From NCBI RefSeq assembly GCF_006345805.1, contig NC_043002.1, positions 54,126,001-54,190,000 on the forward strand: 64,000 nt of DNA, in the 5' to 3' direction. The notes below the pieces were generated by a model. It saw only the letters and a program-made list of their open reading frames with translations. It did no database searches and had not been told where the DNA came from. This document shows positions 1 through 13,271 of this stretch, one piece after another. A program made the translations under genes and the position numbers. Every line of letters starts with the position of its first letter. Positions within the stretch are counted from its first letter, which is position 1. Source of the stretch: Octopus sinensis. Taxonomy: Eukaryota.

Positions 1-38
<38 letters not shown>

Positions 39-146
39 TATACACTACACACATATATACATAATGCATACATACGTATGTACATACGTTCGTACATGCA
101 GACATATATATTTCTATATCTATATGCATGTATATGTGTATAGAGT

Positions 147-240
<94 letters not shown>
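1..240. repeat. (TA)n then (TAGA)n microsatellites
   Basis: Directly visible tandem units. Confidence 0.97.
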
Positions 241-241
<1 letters not shown>

Positions 242-1225
242 TGTCCCTCGGATATTTCTTTACATAATAACCACTGGAAAAGCATTATGCATAGATGGTT
301 TCTCTGCAAAGCATGCCAAACAAGATGAAAAGGAAAATAGTGTTCGCATTTGTAGTTATATATGTTGCATATAAATTATCATTATCATCAGCACCACTGT
401 CATCATTATCATCATCATCATTATTATTATTTCTACTACTACTGTTGATGATATTGCTATTATTCTTATTCTTCTTGTTATCCACTACAGCTCTTCTTGC
501 AATTATTTTTCATTTATGTATTATAGATAGGTAGGTAGATAGTTATAGATGCTTAATAATGTATGTATATGTGTGTGTGTGTGTGTGTGTGGTGTGGTGT
601 GGTATGTATGTATGCATGTATGCATGCATGCATGCATACTTACATTTTCTATTTCTTTATAAAGTGCTTTAAGTAGATACAAGGCGAGCCTGAAAACAAA
701 CACCAAAACGAAGGCAGGCTTTCATGTTGGCTTTATACTTCTGTATGAAAGCACAATTTGGAAGAAAATGTAAACACATCTTTACCGCTCGGTCCTGTTT
801 TTCCCATCGCTAAGACGAAATAAAAAAAAATATTCAGTTGTTGAGTGTGCTTACGTGTGTATATATGCGCATGCACGCTCATATAAATGCATGTACTGTG
901 CGTTTTTATTTGTGAAAGAGAGACGTGTGTATAATATGTATGTAGATGTTTGTATGTATGTATATATATATAATTGTGCTTCATGCACACTTATGTTGCA
1001 AATTTAAGGATTACGTTATAATTGTATGCTGGAAGATAGATGCGATTATTTCTTGTTTACTCACCTGCATCTGTTTTTGTACGATTGGGTTAAAAGAGGA
1101 CAAAATTAGTATTTTAGTCACACTGATGTGTACAGTTTTATTGTACACAACAGATAAGATAATCTCGATTTTAACACAAATACATATATATAACTATATA
1201 TATATATATATATATATATAGTATA

Positions 1226-1277
<52 letters not shown>

Positions 1278-1282
1278 AATAA

Positions 1283-1458
1283 CCACCTTTTATCAATTCA
1301 AAATGAACAATTAAATTCAACCATCTAGAAATTGCATATACAGAAATATTAAATTAAATAACCAATAAAATACCGATGATTAAGTATTAATATTTCTATT
1401 ATATGTAATTTTCTAGATGGTGTAATTTAATTGTTCATTTTGAATTGATAAAAGGTGG
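1283..1458. repeat. Fold-back inverted repeat (~58-bp arms) flanked by (TA)n
   Basis: CCACCTTTTATCAATTCAAAATGAACAATTAAATT...CATCTAGAAA at 1283-1340 is the near reverse complement of 1400-1458. Confidence 0.9.
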
Positions 1459-1790
1459 GGCTTTTTTCTAATTTTTATATATATATATTATATTGCGAGA
1501 AATTTGGTTTAGTACTTCTAAATTGATTTTTTTTCCCTGTAAATTAGGATTAATATTCCCTCAAATAATTATTATTATATATATACTTTTCATACACATA
1601 TATTATATATAATGTATGTGGATATCTAGATATATAATGTATCTGTGTAAATATGTATATATGTGTATGTGTACATGCATAAATCCATACATGTGTGCAT
1701 ACATATGTATCTTTCCTTTACCGTTTACTTGTTTCAGATATTAAACTTCTTTCGGCTGTATGGTAAGAAGTTTGCTTCCCAACCACTGAT

Positions 1791-2581
1791 CCTTTACTTG
1801 CTCCCAGACAAAAACGTCTGGCGGTGTTGAATCAGGTGATCTTGGTGACCAGAGTCCCTTCGAAATAATCCGTTCACCGAAAGACTCTTGAAGTAGCGCC
1901 ATGGTGATGCGCGAAGTATGTGCCGCAGCTCCATCTTGCTGAAAGTATGCATAATTAATTTCACTTCCAGTGAGTTGGGCTACAAATGGATAGACAATAT
2001 TTGAGCAATATCTCTCGGTGTTGATGGTATCTTCAATAAATATCGGTCCCACAATACGCTTTCTTGAAATTGCTATCCATACTCCAACTTTTTCGGGATG
2101 CAGATGTTACCCATGCGTCGCGTGTGGATTCTCAGTGCTCCATAACCTTCTGTTTTGTGAATTTGTGTCCCGACAGATGAAACCAAGTCACATCGGTATA
2201 AAAACACCCATCCGGCACTTCTATGCCATTTTCGGCAACAAAGTTTTGGAACCAATGACAATAATGAAGCCTTTTAGCATGATCCGTAGTCTTCAATTCT
2301 TGAATGGCCAGCACTTTGTATGGAAAGAAATTTAATTTCTTTTTTACTGCCGTTTGAGCACTTCCTAGGCTGATTTCCATTTCCTGTAACAATTTGCGTA
2401 AGGACTTTGACGGGCTTGCCAACAGTTTATCAGAAATATTGGAGAATGTTTCGTCTGAAAGAACAGTAGGCCTACAGCTTCTTGGTGCGTCTTCTACTGA
2501 ACATGTGTTTCTAAATTTTCTTATCAAATCCCACACAGTGCCACGATGTGAAACAACAGTATTTGGAAAAGTTTCACGCTC
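1791..2581 (-). mobile_element. Tc1/mariner (rosa/DD41D-related) transposase pseudogene fragment
   Basis: ORFs 2132-2536 and 1741-2052 give WDLIRKFRNTCSVEDAPRSCRP (HTH), FYTDVTWFHLSG, and YFQQDGAAAHT...WSPRSPDSTPPD. Frameshifted; no TIRs seen. Confidence 0.9.
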
Positions 2582-2586
2582 ACATG

Positions 2587-2634
<48 letters not shown>

Positions 2635-2662
2635 GTGAGCGTGTGGTGTGTGTGTGTGTGTA

Positions 2663-2736
<74 letters not shown>

Positions 2737-2869
2737 TGTGTATAAGAGAGCTGAATAGAGTCTTGGAACGTTACGCAAACTTGCAAGCAAGCTAACTTTA
2801 GAGGAAAGAACCAATATCGGTCCAATGAATCATGGTGTACGACTATCCGTAGGAATGTTCCACATAGAA

Positions 2870-3070
2870 GGTGCAGGCATGGCTGTGTGGTAAGAAGCTT
2901 GCTTCCCAACCATATGATCCCAGGGTCAGTCCTACTGCATGACAAGTGTCTTGTACAACAGCCTCAGGCTGACCAAAGCCTTCTGAGTGGATTTGGTAGA
3001 CAGAAACTGAAAGAAGCCCTTCATATGTATGTGTGTATATATATATATATATGTGTGTGTGTTTGTGTGT

Positions 3071-3133
<63 letters not shown>

Positions 3134-3350
3134 TTTCGTGTCTGTGTCTGTCCCTCAGTGCCGCTTGACAACCAGTGTTTGTGTGTTTATGTCCCCGTGA
3201 CTTAGCGCTTCTGGATAAAACGGACCGATAGAATAAGTAAAAGACTTAACACAAAATAAGTAGTAGTGTCAATTCATTCGACTAAAAATTCTGCAAGGTT
3301 GTACCCCAGCATGACGCAGTCTAATGACAGAAGCAAGTAAAAGAAAAGAA
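2870..3350 (+). mobile_element. tRNA-derived SINE, family A (GGCTGTGTGGTAAG head, internal (TA)/(TG) microsatellite)
   Basis: Homologous to the copies at 14228, 26221 and 26910, with the same head, central microsatellite and GACTGAAACAAGTAAAAG-like tail. Confidence 0.85.
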
Positions 3351-3399
3351 AAAAATCATGCACTCACCCACCTAAACTGTCAAAAAGAAAACTCCTTGG

Positions 3400-3960
3400 A
3401 TTGTATAATTTGGTAGGACTGAGCCTAGCAAAAAATATTGCCATCAATAGACCACAGCAAAGGGGAAGTCCTTGGTATAACCTGGTGTGGCCCAGGTTTG
3501 GGAATTCCAGGGTCTTGAGGGGTGAGGAACCACCTCTCAGCCACAATTGTTCTCAGATCTACCCTGCAATGGAGTAGTAGCACCTGTCAGAGACCCAACT
3601 ATGGGATAATTAGCATATTAGGACTTGCCTACTCATGCATGTGAAAACTGGATCCAACGGACTCTGCTGAAGAAGATTGCAACGGAGGGCGGCTGCAGCA
3701 ACGCATTGTGGAGAGCAGAGCGCAAGATGAGGCAAGCAAGACATCTTGGTCATCCACTGCATCCGTTTCCATCCCTAGTCGTCTTGTCCTAGTCTTGGCA
3801 CTGGATTGAAGTTTACCATGGACTAAAGAGTGGGGTTGACGGCGTGCAACTCTTCTTCACTTTAAACAAAGCCACCGTGCAAGTCATCAATCACCCTCAA
3901 GGATGACTAGATGGTCCTCGTGTCCCCGAACTACGAACACATATGCACTAAAGGAGATTG
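3400..3960. mobile_element. GC-richer unclassified repeat relic, possibly the 5' region of an RTE-type LINE
   Basis: Composition shift and a recalled resemblance (GGTCATCCACTGCATCC); no ORF motif supports it. Confidence 0.25.
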
Positions 3961-4610
3961 GTTGCCACATCATCAATGATCTATAATTTACGTAAACTTA
4001 AGCCCCTCGGAACTTAGAGGAATACCGCCATTTACTACTTTTTGAATGATCTCAATAGACAAAGACTAGTGCTTTAATGCTTGCACGCACCTTCCGAGTA
4101 TCTGACGTCAAGTCTCACGCATTAGACTCACATATAGCCTTCTATACTTGGTTATTCTACACGCTGTATCAGATCTTTCAGCATTCTCAGTTCCACCAAT
4201 AACTTTATTAGACTAGGCAGAAGAAAACAGAACGATTTCTCTATTACCTGTTATATCTACTATATCTATTCTGTGAGTAATGATCGAAGATCTCGTTATT
4301 CTCATTTTAAATTATGTCTGTCTGACCAAGACTGGCGGTTAATTAGATTTATTTTTTCCTTAAATATAAATCACACTTTGAAAGTGGCCAATAATTTAAA
4401 GTAGAAAGAACCAAAATTATACGTCTTGCTCAATAAATACAACCATATGTTAGTGTGTGCGTGCGTGCGTGAGTGTGTGTGTGTGTGTGTTGTGCGTGTG
4501 CGTGTGTGTGTGTGTGTAGAATAAAAGTAGAAAATGTATTGATGTTTAACGACCTGTTATTATTTGAGCTCTTAATTACCGTGTATTTATTTTTTCACTT
4601 ATTCCTCAAT

Positions 4611-4674
<64 letters not shown>

Positions 4675-5091
4675 GAGAGAGAGAGAGAAGGGGGCAAACA
4701 GACAGACAGACATAAAAACAGAACAGAACAGAACAGAAAGAGAAAGATGTAAATAAAAGTGGGAGAAAAAAGAGAGGGTCGCTTGATTAAGCTATTCCAA
4801 CCATGCTTTGACCGACTATATAACGTTTAAGATTCAGTTCAATTCAATTTGCTCCGATTGTAATAGTTCAGATACAATGGAAAAAATATATCTTAAATTA
4901 GTGATACCAAATAAATAAAAGCAACTTGTATTGTCAGAACAAACTTCGAAACGATAAACGAAAATCAATTAAAGCCTATTCATTAATTTTTTTTTTTCAA
5001 TCTACACAGTAATATTTAAATTTGCCTGTTTATATGTCTACTACATAATTTACATACCATACCTTGATAATGTGTTGCTGAGATCCCTCAT

Positions 5092-5178
<87 letters not shown>

Positions 5179-5371
5179 ACGAAAGAAGGTTTGAAAATGC
5201 AATTTAAAAGATGTTTATTTACTTTACCACTTTTACCGTTCACTCTTTGGACGTTAATTATTGGTTGTTGCAAATTGCTACATTACATATATATATACAG
5301 TCTTTGGTAACAGGGGCATGTTAAGGGCATAAAAAAGTTCAACAAGTTCTTTAAAATATATATATATTAAA

Positions 5372-5409
<38 letters not shown>

Positions 5410-5648
5410 CTGTCCGACAAACGGGAACAGTTTTGTGATAATTTTGCAGCTTTAATAAAAGCATATTACACTACATTTGGTATTCGAGTACTATTTTTTC
5501 CGCCTTGTTTTAGACGTATGTGCTCGCCTGCGTGTACACACGCACACACATACACACACACACACACACGCACTCACACACACACACATACATACATACA
5601 TACATACATACATACATACATACATACATACATACATACATACATACA

Positions 5649-5679
<31 letters not shown>

Positions 5680-6055
5680 TTATAAAGTAAATAGACACAA
5701 TTCATTATAACGTTTTATCTGTGCGGCAACTACTCGTTAGTACGATGCTGAGACGGGTTAAATCTTTAAAAGCTGCACAAAGCATGTCTACTAAAAACTA
5801 GATTAAGTATTCAGTCCATCAATTGACGTTTTGTTTTCTAGAAATAAATCTAACAAAAATGATACGATCTTTTGAAATGCCTGTATATACATATACGTAC
5901 GTATGCACATACATACATACATACATACATACATACATACATACATACATACATACATACATACATGTGTGTGTATACATACATACATCGGTTTGACAAT
6001 AAAGATCGTATCATAAACCAAGTGTAATATATATGTATGTATGTATATATGTATA

Positions 6056-6392
6056 GGCGCGTGGCTCAGTGGTTAGAGCGTCGAGCTTACGATCATGAGG
6101 TTGTGAGCTCGAATCCTGGACCGGGCTGCGTGTTGTGTTCTTGAGCAAGACATTTTATTTCATGTTGCTCCAGTTCACTCAGCTGTAGAAATGAATTGCG
6201 ACGTCACAGGTGCCAAGCTGTATCGGCCCTTGCCTTTCCCTTGGACAACATCGGTGACGTGGAGAGAGAAGGCCGGTATGCATGGGCGACTGCTGGTCTT
6301 CCATAAAACAACCTTGCCCAGACTTGTGCCTCAGAGGGTAACTTTCTGAGTGCAAACCCATGGTCAGTGTCTGACCGAAGGGGGTCACCACC
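6056..6392 (+). mobile_element. tRNA-derived SINE, family D (GGCGCGTGGCTCAGTGGTTAGAG head)
   Basis: A-box TGGCTCAGTGG, B-box-like GCTCGAATCC, TTGAGCAAGAC core and GACCGAAGGGGGTC tail; homologous to 52224-52466. Confidence 0.85.
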
Positions 6393-6420
6393 ATATATGT
6401 ATGTATGTATGTATGTATGT

Positions 6421-6533
<113 letters not shown>

Positions 6534-7231
6534 GGTTTGACAATAAACACCGCATCATAAAGCAATATATATCACTTGCTTTATGATGCGCTATTATTTC
6601 TATACGCTGGAATGATGAATACCGATTATTTAGCAACTGCACGCGATTCTAGCTGGGAGAATATAACCTTTGCTAGACTGAAGTTAATGATACCCTATAA
6701 GGTCGAAACCTGGATATTTCAGTTGTCGAGACACCATGCTCATTCGCATATTTTTTTTTATGCTAAAATAATTTTTACAGGATGACAAATATGTAATTTT
6801 ATACATGACTAAATAGTTAAACAGATTCTTTTCAGAATATAAATGATGCTATTCAGTTATATTATGCTGATAGCAATTAATCAGGGGATTATGGAATGCC
6901 GTTAAGTAATTATGTGCCGGCTGACTAACAAAACAAAATTTTTATTTTCGAAACAAACTACTGAGCAAGAAATCGAGTCAAAGCAGTAAAAATAAATGAA
7001 TTTTAAGGAGTCTGAAAGCAATGGTAAAATAAATATGCATTGCTAAAATAAAATATATTTTCAGTTTCAACAAAAAAAAATACATATTTCCAGGACGGAA
7101 TACATTAAATAGTCTCTAGGTGAAAGTAAACATTAGTGAAAAACGATGAAACCAATTAACGGCTCCAGATATCGCTCAAATATGGAGGTTTATTTTCATT
7201 TTGTTTATTTAGAAAAAAATGCAGGTTTGAT

Positions 7232-7421
7232 GACTGAAATATTGATTTCAAATTTTGTACAAGGCCAGCAATTTCGGAGGATTGGTTAAGCCGACTACAT
7301 CGACCCCAGTACTCAACTGCTACTTATTTTATCGATCCACAAAGGATGGAAGGCAAAGCCGACCTTAAGATATATATATATATTGAAAGGCAAAACCGAC
7401 CTCAATATGTATGTGTGTATA

Positions 7422-7460
<39 letters not shown>

Positions 7461-7604
7461 TACATACATACATATACACACACACACATACGACGAATAG
7501 TTTTGTGATAATTTCGCAGCTTTAATAAAAGCATATTACTCTACACATGATATTCGAGTACTATTTTTTCCCGCCCTGTTTTACTCGTATGTGCTCGCCT
7601 GCGT

Positions 7605-7659
<55 letters not shown>

Positions 7660-8112
7660 TAACGGCTCCAGACGTCGCCCAAATATGGAGGGTTATTTAT
7701 CATTTTGCATATTTAGAAAAAAATGCAGGTTTGACGACTGAAATATTGATTTAAAATTTTGCACAAGGCCAGCAATTTCGGAGGATTGGATAAGCCGACT
7801 ACATCAACCCCAGTACTCAACTGGTACTTATTTTATTGACCCCCAAGGGATGGAAGGCAGAGCCGATCTCAATGGAATTTGAACTCTGAACATAAAGACG
7901 GACGAAATGCTGCTTATAGTAACTGAAATATCGGTTTCAAAATTTGGCACAATGTCGGAAAATTCGAGGGAAGGAGTTAGGCGATTACGTTGACCTCAGT
8001 GCTCAACAGATTCTCATTTTATTGACCCCAGAAGGATGAAAGGCAAAGTCGACCTCAGCAGAATTTGAACTCAGGACGTAAGGATGGACGAAATGTGATA
8101 ACGACTCTGCCA
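7232..8112 (-). mobile_element. Three SINE family B copies or fragments (7232-7375, 7735-7912, 7921-8112)
   Basis: Reverse complement matches the GAGTTCAAATTCCGCCGAGGTCGACTTTGCCTTTCATCC core seen at 62931-63085. Confidence 0.85.
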
Positions 8113-8210
8113 GATCGTCACCTTAAGACGATTCATTCACTTCCATGTAATCAAGATCGTACTTTCACTCTCTCCCTCTCCCTCTCTTCTTCTCCCTCTC
8201 CCTCTCTTCT

Positions 8211-8263
<53 letters not shown>

Positions 8264-8904
8264 GCGGGATGTTGGGTGAGTTATCGTTGATAAATTATTA
8301 AAGGTTATTATTGCATTGATAGAATAATTGAAAATATCTCTTATGCATCTCGAACTCATCTCGAACTTTGTATAAGACATTAAGGGGTAATTCAAAGAAG
8401 GAGTCTCTTGGTGGTTTCTTGATTTGCTAGAAAGAGTAGTCAAACCTCCCTTCAATCACATCCTACCATATTTAAAATGGAAGATACGCTTGATAACGTA
8501 TGTTTAAAAAAAGAGCGGGATGGTCACATGCGGAAAGACTCTGTTCATAGGCATGATCCTTCATGCTAATCGATTATAGTAACATCCAGCGCTGACAACT
8601 AAAGTCTAAAAAAAAAATTCATATCGGAACAAAGGACACAAAATTTAAAGTTAAAAAGACGTAATTTTGTAACCTTTTGGATTTGGGTGAAGAGTTGTTT
8701 ATCTGTAATGCAATTTTGTGGATCTAGTTACATAAAGAGATTGCCGTCACTCGCAAACGAGTATGGCTCGCTAACAAGTGCCATGCTTTAGCTAATTGTT
8801 TTGGGTGTTTATGTGGTCGCGACCAAACATAAACTTACTCTTGACCCTCCAAACGATTGACCCAGGGGTACATCCAAGGTATCAAAGCTAAAGGAAAAGA
8901 GAGC

Positions 8905-9050
8905 TGCACCAGAACTCAGCTGGCTTTACTTTTCAGCTAAGTAGACTGGAGTAACATAAAATAAAATGTCTTGTTCAAGGACACAACGCAGTACCTGATC
9001 CAAGAATTGAACCCACAATATTATGATCGTGAGCCGAACACCCTAAACTC
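8905..9050 (-). mobile_element. SINE family D fragment
   Basis: GTCTTGTTCAAGGACACAACGC...GATCGTGAGCCGAACACCCTAAAC is the reverse complement of the family D head and core. Confidence 0.7.
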
Positions 9051-9055
9051 AAGTT

Positions 9056-10200
9056 CTATGTAAATTTATTTTGATAGCTGTTTATCTATATGTTGATACT
9101 GTTTATCTTTAAATTTGTATGTTAGTTGTTTTCCTCTATGTATATTTATATTCGTAGCTGTTTAACGGTATGTAACTTTATGCTAATAACGGTTTATCGT
9201 AAATTAGTGTTGATAATCGTTCACCTGTATGTAAATTACAGTAATAGGTATATATCTGTATGTAAATTTATGCTAATAGCTGTTTACCTGTATAAAATTT
9301 TGTCCAGACAACTGTTTAACTGCATGTAACTGTAAATTACATGTAAATTTGTATTAATAGCTGTTTATTTGTATGTAGATTCGTGATGATAGTTGTTCAA
9401 GTAAATGTAAATTTGTGCTCTGAAATGTTTTTTTTTTTAATAAAATTCATAAAGATAACTATTTATGTACGTAAATTTGTGTCGAGAGTTGTTTAGCATA
9501 TGTAAATTTGTATTGTTATGTAAATTTATACTGCTATTTGTTTATCTGTATGAGGATTTGTGTACATAAATATGTACTTGATTGCTATACTTCTATGCAA
9601 ATTTATGCTATTAATTGTTTCTTGAATGTAAATTTATGCTGATAGGAATTTAGTTGTATGCAAATTCATGCTAATACCTATTTATCTGTATACAATATTT
9701 TATTCATTTTTGTTTATCGTTTGTAAACTTACGTTGAAAATTGTTTATGAATAAGTAAATTTGTTGTCAGCTGCGTTTACCGAATGTAAGTATGTGCCGA
9801 GAGCTGTGTGTAAATTTATACTAAGATTTGTTGATCTTTATGTAGATTTACTCTAAGAGATATTTATATGTAAGTTCAGGCTAAGAGCTGTTTATCGCAT
9901 ATAAATTTGTGTTCAGAGTTGTTTACCTAACTGTAAGTTTGTGCAGAGAAGTGTTTAACGTGTATGAAAATTTGATAGCTGTATATTTGTGTGTATATCC
10001 ATGCTGATAGCTAATTCTAAATTATAATTTTTTCTTTACGTGTTATTTTGTATCACTAATTGCTGTTTATCTATTTTTTAATTTCAACCAAAAACTGTTT
10101 TTTCCTAAATTTGTGTTGTTAGTTGTTTATCAAAACCCAATTTGTGCTGAAAATTGTTTTATCTGTAAATTTGAGATAACAGCTGTTTACAAATATATAT
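9056..10200. repeat. Degenerate AT-rich minisatellite, unit about 32 bp (TGTAAATTTATGCTAATAGCTGTTTATCTGTA-like)
   Basis: TGTAAATTT and GCTGTTTAT recur at about 30-35-bp spacing over roughly 1.1 kb. Confidence 0.8.
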
Positions 10201-11997
10201 GTAATTATAAAATTGATTTTGTGTGTGTCTGTGTGTCTGTGTGTCAGTGTGTCTGTGTGTCAATGTGTCAGTGTGTCTGTGTCTGTGTAGACATTTGTTT
10301 TTTATAGAAATCCACATTCAATGTTCGATTGACCTCAAATTTTATACACATACTCCATATGGTCAGAGCTAGGTCATGGCGAAGAAATCACCCCCGTGAC
10401 CTGCACGCATGATCGGGGGCATACACACAAAGTGATATTATGCGCACATGTGTTGCTGAACTTTTGTTCACGCCTTAATTGCTCCGTTTTACACGTTAAT
10501 GTGTTATTTTGGGGAAAGAGAGCAAAATGGCTCATGCACCAACACGTTTTGCACCTCTAGCTACTCTCTTGATACAGTTTTAGCCCAGTAGATGAAGCAC
10601 TTACCCTTTCTTTGCCAGGGTTCAATGTAATGCTACCTTAAAAAAGCCAGTTGCCGAACGTCAAGTCATTACATCGTTACACTTTTTACTTTGAAGAAAG
10701 ACAGCAAAAGAACCCATGTTCCATACTTTTTGCAAGTTCCAATGTGTAACATTGAGCAATAAGCATTCTTAGTCGAGGACCATAGCGGTGGTTCGTTGTA
10801 AAAAATCACGTCAGAGCTTTTGAAGCCCTATTACTGCTTGAAATAGCCTCTCCGTTAACCATACCCACGCCTTAGTTTCTGTGTATGGTGTTATTTAGGA
10901 GGTAGAGACAACAAGACGTGCATCATCACTTTTTTGCATCCCTTCTCACCCTATTGACACTCTTTTGGCGCACTTAATTAATCAAAAGTCATCCATTGCC
11001 GGGGCTCAGTGCACTACTTCGTTACAAACTTCCGTTGCCAAACTTTTATTCAAACATACTAACGCTAAACTACGCCATTTGGAGCATTAACTTTTTAGTT
11101 CTTGCCAAGTCCAATGTTTAAAATTATGCACCCAAATCTATTTTTAGACACTGTTCATTCCTAGACGGGGATCACAGCGTTTCTGCGTTGAAAAACACTT
11201 CAAGGTTTTGAAACCCACTTACTGACTGCAGTACCGTAAATCCCTTGAAACTTCGACAATGAAAATACTGCGTTTTTTCTTACTGCAAAAGTGGACCGAA
11301 GTCAGGGCGATATTTGAACTCAGTTAATGCAGTCAGCCCATCTACCGATTTACATTGCCCTTAGCTCGATACACTGTGTATGGAATCAGCAAAAAATTGC
11401 AGTATTTATATGTTGACATTTCATGGGTTTTCTGGTAGCTTCTCCCGATAATCAATTTTAGCTTAGACTCGGTGGTAAGACCGCTACTAAAACATTACTT
11501 ACGACTGCTACGGCGCCCATGTTACACTCAAACGTCCTGCTGCAGAGGCGAGTCGCTTCCGACTTCCGATGAATGTCTTACCTTTCATTGCCATCTTTTC
11601 CTTGAGGAGACCCTGGGCTACATTATACTACAGAATTACGCATTTCACATCGCGAGAAAAGGCAGACCGGCGTTAACGGGTTACCGTTGACGGGTCAGCC
11701 ACTTATTGCAGTTCGACTGTGATACAATCTGCATTGCGTAACCCCCACTTTTCGTGACCTTTGGCAATTAGATATCCCCTTATGCACGTGTTCATGTGTC
11801 CCTCCGGATTATTGACTTACGGGATCGATTTCCCTGTCGCAACGGCCCGTCCATTCGTTCCTACAAGCAAGCAACCTTCTTGAAAACTTTCTTAGAAGTT
11901 CTCCTGGTTAGGACAGTGCTGTGAATCCCACAACATAACTAGACCCTTCAAATATTTACTACTTTCTGACCCGTGAAACGCCGGGTATTATTGCTAG
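10190..11997 (+). mobile_element. Non-autonomous Helitron
   Basis: 3' hairpin ACCCG-TGAAACGC-CGGGT (11969-11986) then CTAG (11994-11997) followed by T. The 5' region has a (GTCT/GT)n tract and GATTGACCTCAAATTT, shared with the 13272 family. The 5' boundary is approximate. Confidence 0.75.
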
Positions 11998-12062
11998 TAT
12001 ATATATGTTTATGTGCGTGTGTGTGTGTGTGTATGTATGTATGTATATATATATATATATAT

Positions 12063-12146
<84 letters not shown>

Positions 12147-12297
12147 TTTAGCAATTAAGGACAACTACTTAATAAGGAAAACTTAACAAGAAATTGTCAG
12201 GTAATATATGTAAACTCACCCATGTGCTTCGTTGATGTTGATCAGTTAGCTGATCGGCTTAAGCGGGGCAGGGTCGTTGTTTATTTATAATACATTC

Positions 12298-12345
12298 AGG
12301 CCTGCTGATGATTACGTAAGTATGAAATCACTGTGATACAGGTCT
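12298..12345 (+). ncRNA. Type I hammerhead ribozyme motif, complete core
   Basis: Stem I AGGCCTG/CAGGTCT; CTGATGA; stem II T-TAC-GTAA-GTA-T; GAAA; stem III ATCAC/GTGAT; predicted AUA cleavage after 12338. Confidence 0.75.
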
Positions 12346-12480
12346 ATATTTTTAAATGTCTTACTTTGAAAAATTGCATTCGGTGGGATTAGTAATATTT
12401 TTGGTAGAAATGACTGATTGTCCCTCTTAGCGTTTGGCATGTATGTATAATGCCTTCTGGCATGTATGTATAATGCCCTC

Positions 12481-12554
<74 letters not shown>

Positions 12555-13056
12555 CAGTAAATGGTGGGATTGTGTTAACCGGACGTGGAGAAATGATAGG
12601 AGAGGAAAAATTATAAGAAGGCAGAATGCTAAATTGAAAGTAAATTTTAATAAAAATGGGTGTATGAAAAATTAAAAAAGATAAAATAATAAATCAAACT
12701 GGTTTTCATTGCAAGACAAATTTTCAAGCTTTGGAAGGGGAAAGAATTTTTTTTTAAATTGAGGAAGGGGAAAAAAGAAATTTACAATGGTTTTTTTTCA
12801 AAAAATAATAATACATATATACTAAAATTAATAATTAAGTATACCAATATTTGTAGAGTTTTTATGATTTTAGAGTTCAATAATAGTCCTTGGAAAAACT
12901 TCTTTGGAGGATTAGGATCCATGTGCTTAAATGTAGTGTTTAGTTTAAAGCGTTGGGTGAATGTGTGTCAAAACAAGAAATGGAGTAGGAGTTATCCATT
13001 TCCTGTGAGTAAGGGGAGACAATTCTGTGGATTATATATATATATATACATATATA

Positions 13057-13168
13057 TATAATTTAGGGTATCTAAGAGATACCACCGTGCTTGAAATAGC
13101 AGCCAAAAATTGGGTCTGTGAATTTGTATTTCGAGCGTAGTGGTATCTCTTAGATACCCTAAATTATA
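13057..13168. repeat. 29-bp perfect inverted repeat with 54-bp spacer, next to (TA)n
   Basis: AATTTAGGGTATCTAAGAGATACCAC (13060-13085) versus GTGGTATCTCTTAGATACCCTAAATT (13140-13165), extended by 3 bp of TA. Confidence 0.92.
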
Positions 13169-13271
13169 ATTTTAATAACAATTATTACCCTTGAAGGTTT
13201 TTATTCCCATGCTAGCCACTTGATAAGTTCGATATTTAAATAATGATCTTATCCTTATTTTTATATATATA

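Noticed and set aside
5700-5860. Possible GIY-YIG C-terminus on the minus strand (MLCAAFK...LTSSCR)
   Set aside because: The similarity is too weak to support by eye.
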